Assembly (NCBI RefSeq): GCF_964355755.1 | Contig: NC_092676.1 | Span: 6,983,888 to 7,047,887 of the forward strand | Reading direction: 5' to 3' | Length of the DNA: 64,000 nt | DNA from: Antedon mediterranea | Lineage: Eukaryota > Animalia > Echinodermata | Shown here: in pieces, positions 56,815-64,000 of the stretch | Position numbering within the stretch: position 1 is the stretch's first letter | Layout: the number at the start of each line of letters is the position of its first letter | The notes under the pieces: model-generated | Seen by the model: the letters and a program-made list of their open reading frames with translations, nothing else | Told to the model about the DNA's origin: nothing | The model's database searches: none | Made by a program: the position numbers and the translations under genes

Positions 56815-59800
56815 CTCTAACTTACAAGGTTGAAAAGAAAACTATCTACCTCATCACTTTTCGCCAGTGTGAAAGTTGATGTTTATACTTTTTTTTTGGA
56901 AAACAATTTTTGGAAATATTTTGTAGTTTTGTATAAGATAGTATAATTTTTTTTATATACTTTTGTTTACTTACTTTAATTTTGTTTTCTACACTATACT
57001 GTATTCATATTTGTAAAATCAACCAATATGGTTTAAAATTAAAGAGAAACTTTCCTTTTTATAATCAAACAAGTTGATACTGGCTCTTAATGATTTACAG
57101 TTTTTGATTTGAACATTTGAATGATATTAATACTATTATTATGTCGTTTTTTTCGAGGTGGTTACTTCGTAATATTATCTGTATTTCTTTACTAAATTTT
57201 AGCATAAACACATTCAATTTTGTTTTTGTATGAGAATGCAATGTCTTTGCTTATGCAGGTGCCATATTCTGTGCAGTTATGCTGTGCTATGTTAGAGTTT
57301 ATATGTTCGAAATCAAATAATGTACACAAAAATACTTCATTGGACAACATTGGGGTTGTAGTTGATGGTTGGATGGTTGGCTACCATTCCCAGTGCCATG
57401 GGTCCAAATCAAATGATTTTGATTATGTACTGTCCTTTTAACTGATAACCACCGTGATTTAATGTTGCTATACAATTCTCCTTTAAAGGTCTTGGTTAAT
57501 ATTTGCAATTTTGTATTATATTATATCCCATTATTTTGAATGTTCCTTCATAATTACGGTGTAGAATTCAATTTGTTGTTCATTACAAGCAGATGGCAGG
57601 TACGATTGTCATGTCATTCATCGCATTGTGCTTGTATTTACCTCTCATCTCCCTTCTCTCTACATGGCTTCAGTATCCAGGCTTTATTTATTGATTTTTA
57701 CATTTGCATAACGATATATTATTTTCTCATCTTCAGGAAAATGACTAAATAATCAGAAAACCAATATAAATGAACTTGAAACATGTAATGTGAACGCAAG
57801 CATGAATGAAAAATTTCATTATAATTACATTATAATCTAAAAATTGTATTGCCATGTAAAGCTCTGTCTACACTATCAAACTTTATATGGCAACAAAATG
57901 TGATGTGCCCAAATGTGGTAGTGGTATGCCCAAATATGGTAGTGCTATGACATCATCATGTCCATATATAGGCACATCCCATTGTTTTGTCACATAAAGT
58001 GATAGATAAAGATAGTGTATACAAAGGCTTCAAGCTCTGTCTACACTATTAAACTTTATATGGCAAAAAATACGATGCCCATATATGAACATGATGATGT
58101 GATATGATATCACTACCATACTTGAGCATATTACTACCATAATTGGGCACATCGCACTTTTTTTGTCAAACTATTTTAGGTTGAACGAGTTAAAAAAAAA
58201 CTCAAAAAAATAAATACCGAAAACCGCAATGACCTTTTGATTTGGTTTTTCATACTTTTTAGGGCCTCTGGTCAAATTTATTTCAAACTAAACGTTCCCT
58301 CCAATTAAACACCTAATTAAACAATCCTATTGCAGACTTCTCCGCCATTTTAAAGATTTTCTCCAATTAGAGACAACTGCAGACCTGATAAACATGATGT
58401 GGTCGTATTCGCCATTCACACAATGTTTTCCTGCTGTATGCCTATATTTGTATTTCACTTAAGTCGATACATAAGTTTATTCCTTTAAATTGTATTCGCT
58501 TAGTAGATAGCAGATATCTCCGTTTTGTCAAGGGTGTGTCCCAAGTACTAAGTGGTACTGGTGAATACGGCCACTAGTCCTTGATTAGGTGTCAGAGAGT
58601 CGTTACACTTTTATTGGAGACCCGACTTTATTCGATAACAGATTGTGTTTTTCTTTGGTTTAACTGTTTTAGAAATTTAAGTAGTGTATGTTTACATATC
58701 TTTACACAGCATTATGCCTATGCTATCATACGTTTTTTTTTTATTACGCATTCATTAAGTTATTTTGTTATTTAAAAATTAGTGTTTTCAGAAAGCACCG
58801 TTGTGTATTGTATAACATTTCGATTTGATCCTATTTTTTTTTCTCGCGTTGTAGAAAATAATGTGTCGTTTTGAAATTTCCAAACGGGTCTTATATAAAT
58901 GGTATTATGCACGTTGTATAAAGTATACACATTTAGTAAATTTCATACATTCCTTTGCGCGAAAAAAGTGCAAAATAAACAAGAAACAATTTGAAACAAG
59001 AATTTTGTAAACAAGTGTATCTTTTGTTTTACGTTTATTTTTAAGATCACCACAGAAAGAAAACAAAATTACTGTTCTGTTTTCAGACTCTTGTCTCGGT
59101 TCTAGGCGGCTATCGAATTAATATTGGTAAAAAGATAAACATTTTGGCACACATGGCGTTTCATACTGATTTACCAGTCTCATTGAATACTAAAACATAA
59201 AAAAAGACAATACAACTCTGTATACACTATCAAAATAGTGATATGACATCGTCATGTCCATAATTGGCACATTTTTGTCACATAAAGTTTGATAATGTCG
59301 ACAGAGCTTAACAGAGACTAGCGGCTAGTCTAGATTGAATCACCAGATAATTTCTTTCGAAAAGTGGTAACGTGCATTAATACGTCATCACAATCGTCTG
59401 CAAACCATCGGACATAAAGAAGATCAAGTAAAAACATCCTCCATGTACAAATAAAATCGATGTAGTTTAGGCCTACAATATCTTGCTTCATATGCGCACC
59501 TAATGTCTCTTTAAATTAATGATGCCTTATTCTGTGGTATGATTTATACAAATCGACAAATGCATTAGCCGTCTTATCTTTGTTCATGCATCGATGACGA
59601 TCTGGAACATTAACCAGATAATTAGTTGCGACGTTTAGTAAAAATAATTGTTTGTATCTGTCAAAGTGTTTACACTCGAAATCCCACTTGACTCATGTTT
59701 GGCATTAGTGCGGTAGCACCTAAAGCTCTGTCTACACTATCGAACTAGTTCGACAACGAAAAAGTGTGATGTGCTGAAATATAGTAGTGATATTCCAAAA

Positions 59801-61950
59801 TATGGTAATGATATGACATCATCATGTCCATATATGGGCACTTTTTTGTCACATAAAGTTTGATAGTTTAAACAAAAATTTAAATCGTTGTACCCAGTGA
59901 TGGGGATGCCTTTGTTGTGTTTAACAATGCTGTTCTTCCGCGAAGATAATAATATACGATATAGGTTAAAGTTAGTAATTGAGGTTTTTGTCATTAAACA
60001 TTTGTTGGGTCCCCCCTGCTACTCTCCTGGGTCTCATATCATTGACAACTATTCCCCAGAGGCCTCCGGTTCACGGTCTAGTTAATGGCCACCGATCGTT
60101 CAGATCATGATAAATGATTTGGCAGACATCGAGGTAGTGAGGTGTTCATACGAAAAAACGGATACAGTAATTCAATGACTTTGCAGGGGACAACAATATG
60201 ACCGAAAGGATACATTTTCTTCAAAAGCCTCTCCTAGTGTGCAGGAAGGGTGAGTTCCAGTGATGTAATTTATTGTGTTCACTTCCATGGTCTATTTAAC
60301 CTACGAACAACTATTCAAACTAGTTTGGTAGTGATATGCCCAACAATGGTAGTGATATGACATCATCATCTTCATATATGGACCATGGAACTATAGTTTC
60401 ATGTATGTACACATCATATTTCTTTTATCAAATAAAGCTTGATAGCATTAGACAGAGCTTTAGAGAGTCTGGGGAGTCATAGAAAATGATTCTTTTAGCA
60501 TTTTCATCAGTTAAAAGAACATGCCGGTACTCCGCAATGGAAGATTGCTATCACGTTCTCCTTTTTATTATATAATAACATCTTTACCAACTGCCATGTT
60601 TTATTCGTAATGGATAACCATTAATGTCTACTGGAGTCATTGATGCTTTGACCCATGGGACATTTTTGCAATTGCAGTCAATTTGTCTTTTTGAAATAAA
60701 CGCCGACAACGAAACTAAAAACAAAGAACTTGTTTGACGATGATTCGTTAGGTGTTGACCTGTTGGTCCCACGACTCTCTAGAGTATATTACCATTGCTA
60801 ATAACTATTTAGATAAATGATCTGAAAACTGTATAAACGCCAGATTGGGTATCTAGTAGCTTATCGTGCTGGGGTTTGAAAGAATTGTTTAGATCGTATT
60901 ACCTGTATTCAGCCAGGTTTTAGTGCCAAAAATAACTATACCGTATAAACCTAGTTTACTCATAGTGAAAAATAATATTTTACAGTATCTGTAACTTTTT
61001 AAGCGTATTTTATTTGTAGACTGGTGGAAATAACTCTAATAGCTTTTGAGTCAAACAAATTGCCAAACAAATTTGTTTTATATTGTTGAAATAATATGTT
61101 CAAAATCTGCTCTGCCCAGTATAAGTTGCCATATTTGCATAAAATCAAAATGGCTGCCATTGACAACTTTCATCCCAATTATCTCTTAATAAACTATAAA
61201 GAATTTTGTATAATATATACAGTATATTGAATGAATGAATATAGTGTATATTGATGGAATTAAAAGATTTTGAAGTCCGGCTGATAATATCCGCACTCCT
61301 TCCAAATTATTGCACAATCTAGTTAGATAAAAAATGATTTATTTAATATTTTGTATTTTTTAGGATAATACGTTATTTTCAATGCAAGAGATAGGTGAAT
61401 AATGTTGAAAGTTAAATTTCGCCTCATTTGAATGAACGGAATCTCAAATTGTTCAGGATTAATTTGCTATAATCATGTGTGTTACGGTACTTTGTTATCA
61501 CTTTTCATAGGAAAATTATGTATCTTTCGACAATTAGGAACCGAAACTCGAGGGATAGATAAGAGAGTACGGAGCCTAAATCGGTCGTTTCACTTCTTAA
61601 TTAGGCCTAGGCCTACTTCGCTACAAAATTGAGTTATCGCATCAGCCTGTTTTGATCTAATATTTCATTCGCTATGAAAGCAATGTCGTACCTGAACAGG
61701 CTTAATCAAGTCCAATTAATATCGAATTTGTTGCAAGATATCAATTACTACTTGAAATAATTGTCACTCTTTGTCCCGTTTCATTTTCAAGGGCATCTAT
61801 TGGAATGGGTGATTATAAATTGTAAATGAGAAAGGAATTTCTGGTGTGGGGATTTGCGAAGAAATGTAATAATGTTAATCGTTGAGTTCAATGACAGGGG
61901 CTCTGTCGAATTAAATTTCAGTACAATAACAATTATAGGTATTAGGTTTC

Positions 61951-64000
61951 TGTAGTATCCACACAATTTAAATAAGAGCAAGAAAACACAGTCTTATGAA
62001 TCAACACTTTATTGTCTACTTTCTTTCTCAACCTCGTGTTTCAACCACCTGCCCTCAACGCCCACTCTAGTTCCCGTTACCACAATCTCCCCCTTGTAAC
62101 AAATTACATTCTTCAACGTACCTACTAGGATTCCTTACTACTCTACCTGACCTAGTTCTATACGGAACTTGGTCTACATCTCTTTGTATGAATCTATCTA
62201 CATTTACATGTTCTGGTTGTTCATTTTCAAAATCATCTATCAATACCTTATTCAATGGCGTCGCCCATTTCTTACAATCAGGGCTTACAATAGCCAGCCT
62301 TTCAATATTATATGTTTTTCTATTACTCAACACAAAAGTCGCATTTCCCACCTTCTTAACTACTCGAAATGGCCCCATAAATGAACTACTACCCTTATGT
62401 ACATATCCAGTTTTCTTTACCTTTACATGCATTCCTTCCTGTACAACAGGTAATTTTACACTGTTATGATTATCAAAATATTTCTTTTGTTTCTCTTGTT
62501 TAACCCTTACTAGTTCTTTAAGTTTAGTTTTATCAACCACCACATCTGATGGCGGTGTCAATCCTTTTATATCTAACTGGTTTCTTAATTTTCGTCCATG
62601 TAACAGCAGTGCTGGTTCCACCTCTGTTGTTGAGTGTGGAGTGTTTCTATATACAAATAAAAATGACTGTACATATTGTTTAACTTCTTTCCCTTCTAAT
62701 GATGCAGTTTGTATTGTTTGTTTTAACACTTTGTTAAATCTTTCTACTGCCCCATTACTCTGTGGGTGATAAATAGCAGAATGCAAATGCCTAATATCCC
62801 TTTGTTTCAGAAATTGTTTCATTTCGTAACTGACAAACTGAACTCCATGATCAGTTATCAATTCTAATGGGTAGCCCTCCCGAGCAAATACCCTCGACAG
62901 AAAATCTATTACGACTTGTGTGGTAACTTTTGGTACAAAACATACCTCTGGCCACTTAGAATGGTAATCAATTAAAGTAATGGCAAATCTGCACTGGCTT
63001 GGTAGTAAGTCGCAGGGACCCACTATATCTAGTCCCAACTTTTCCCAGGGCATTGATGGGTATTCTATGGGTGTCATTGGAGCTTTTGAAATCTTTATCG
63101 TTTTATCATGTTCTATACACACAATGCAATGTTTAATTATATTTTCTACCTGGGTATCCATTCTTGGCCACCAATACAATTGCCTTAATCTTTTCTTAGT
63201 TCTCATTATCCCTTGGTGAGCCTCATGTGCCTTGTAAATTAAATGAACTGTTAGGGAGTCTGGTACCACCACCCTATCACCTCTGTAAACTCTATTTTCT
63301 AATACTATTAATTCCTCCCGTACTTTATAATATGGCAGTATGTTGCTATCCAACATATCTTTACTTTCTGGCCAACCAGACTCTATGTATTTAATCACTT
63401 TCTGTTGGGTTTCATCTTTATCTACCTCAGCCTTAAATTGTCCTAGGGTTATACAACACTCTTCTTCTATCTCTACTAAACATACCGCAGCAATGTCATT
63501 GTTCTGTTCCGAGGACCCCCCTTCATATTCCAATGGCAGACGAGATAATCCATCTGCCACAACATTATCAGAGCCTGGTTTGTATTCAACGGTGTAGTTA
63601 TAATTTAGCAGCCTTGCACCCCATCTAGCTATACGCATAGGTCTGTGGCCATTCCCACTGGATGCTAACAGTGTTGTCAGTGCTTTGTGATCGGTTCGTA
63701 GTATAAAATGTCTACCCCATAGGTACGTATGAAATTTCTCAATTGAGTACACACATGCCAAGGCTTCACGTTCGCCTGTGGAATATTTTCTTTCTGCACA
63801 TGTTAACTTTCTTGATGTGAAAGCTATGGTTACTTCCTTCCCTTCGATTAGCTGGGTGAGAACCGCCCCTATTCCATACCCCGACCCATCTGTCGTCACA
63901 ATTACTTCCCTTTCTGGGTCAAACAAGGCAAGGGCTGGACATGTCACAATGCTCTGCTTAATCAATGCAAATGCCCCACTGGCCCTTTCACTCCAGTCAA
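61951..64000 (-). mobile_element. Ty3/gypsy LTR retrotransposon, 3' portion (Mag-like)
   Basis: 3' LTR 61951-62084 (TGTGGTA...TACTACA, internal AATAAA), PPT AAGGGGGAGA at ~62086-62095, uninterrupted pol ORF. Confidence 0.92.
62067..64000 (-). CDS. Gypsy pol (RNase H plus integrase), 5'-partial
   Basis: TDGSGYGIGAVL, YSTGEREALA, TDHKAL, ADGLSRLP (RNase H); H..H..C..C zinc finger; LDIVGP, TDHG, ERFN (DDE); C-terminal TRSGRVVRNPSRY. The frame stays open to the window edge. Confidence 0.93.
   Translation of the reverse strand, partial: DWSERASGAFALIKQSIVTCPALALFDPEREVIVTTDGSGYGIGAVLTQLIEGKEVTIAFTSRKLTCAERKYSTGEREALACVYSIEKFHTYLWGRHFILRTDHKALTTLLASSGNGHRPMRIARWGARLLNYNYTVEYKPGSDNVVADGLSRLPLEYEGGSSEQNNDIAAVCLVEIEEECCITLGQFKAEVDKDETQQKVIKYIESGWPESKDMLDSNILPYYKVREELIVLENRVYRGDRVVVPDSLTVHLIYKAHEAHQGIMRTKKRLRQLYWWPRMDTQVENIIKHCIVCIEHDKTIKISKAPMTPIEYPSMPWEKLGLDIVGPCDLLPSQCRFAITLIDYHSKWPEVCFVPKVTTQVVIDFLSRVFAREGYPLELITDHGVQFVSYEMKQFLKQRDIRHLHSAIYHPQSNGAVERFNKVLKQTIQTASLEGKEVKQYVQSFLFVYRNTPHSTTEVEPALLLHGRKLRNQLDIKGLTPPSDVVVDKTKLKELVRVKQEKQKKYFDNHNSVKLPVVQEGMHVKVKKTGYVHKGSSSFMGPFRVVKKVGNATFVLSNRKTYNIERLAIVSPDCKKWATPLNKVLIDDFENEQPEHVNVDRFIQRDVDQVPYRTRSGRVVRNPSRYVEECNLLQGGDCGNGN

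Overview
AT-rich, intron-rich animal genomic DNA. It is probably a marine invertebrate deuterostome such as an echinoderm, inferred from the repeat and gene style only. Three host genes could be traced exon by exon. (1) The 3' part of a synaptotagmin-like (Slp/SYTL, bitesize-like) gene on +, with an Slp-homology/Zn-finger domain, two very large alternative exons and tandem C2 domains. (2) DHDDS on -. (3) A complete PHIP/BRWD-family WD40 plus double-bromodomain gene on +, head-to-head with DHDDS. A full-length but mutated DIRS tyrosine-recombinase retrotransposon sits in a DHDDS intron, and the 3' end of an apparently intact Ty3/gypsy element with a 134-bp LTR is at the right edge. Introns are crowded with MITEs, tRNA-derived SINEs and minisatellites. 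The most interesting signals are: a DIRS expression design in which the ATG-less pol frame opens at a U_UUU_UUA slippery site and a GT-AG intron spanning RT-RNaseH-MT would fuse that frame to the ATG-less recombinase; a highly structured ~240-nt intronic RNA in the BRWD gene; a long hairpin covering a cryptic donor in DHDDS; a minimal hammerhead ribozyme; and a small tRNA-containing retroposed element that duplicated a splice donor. All coordinates were read by eye, with no database searches or folding programs.
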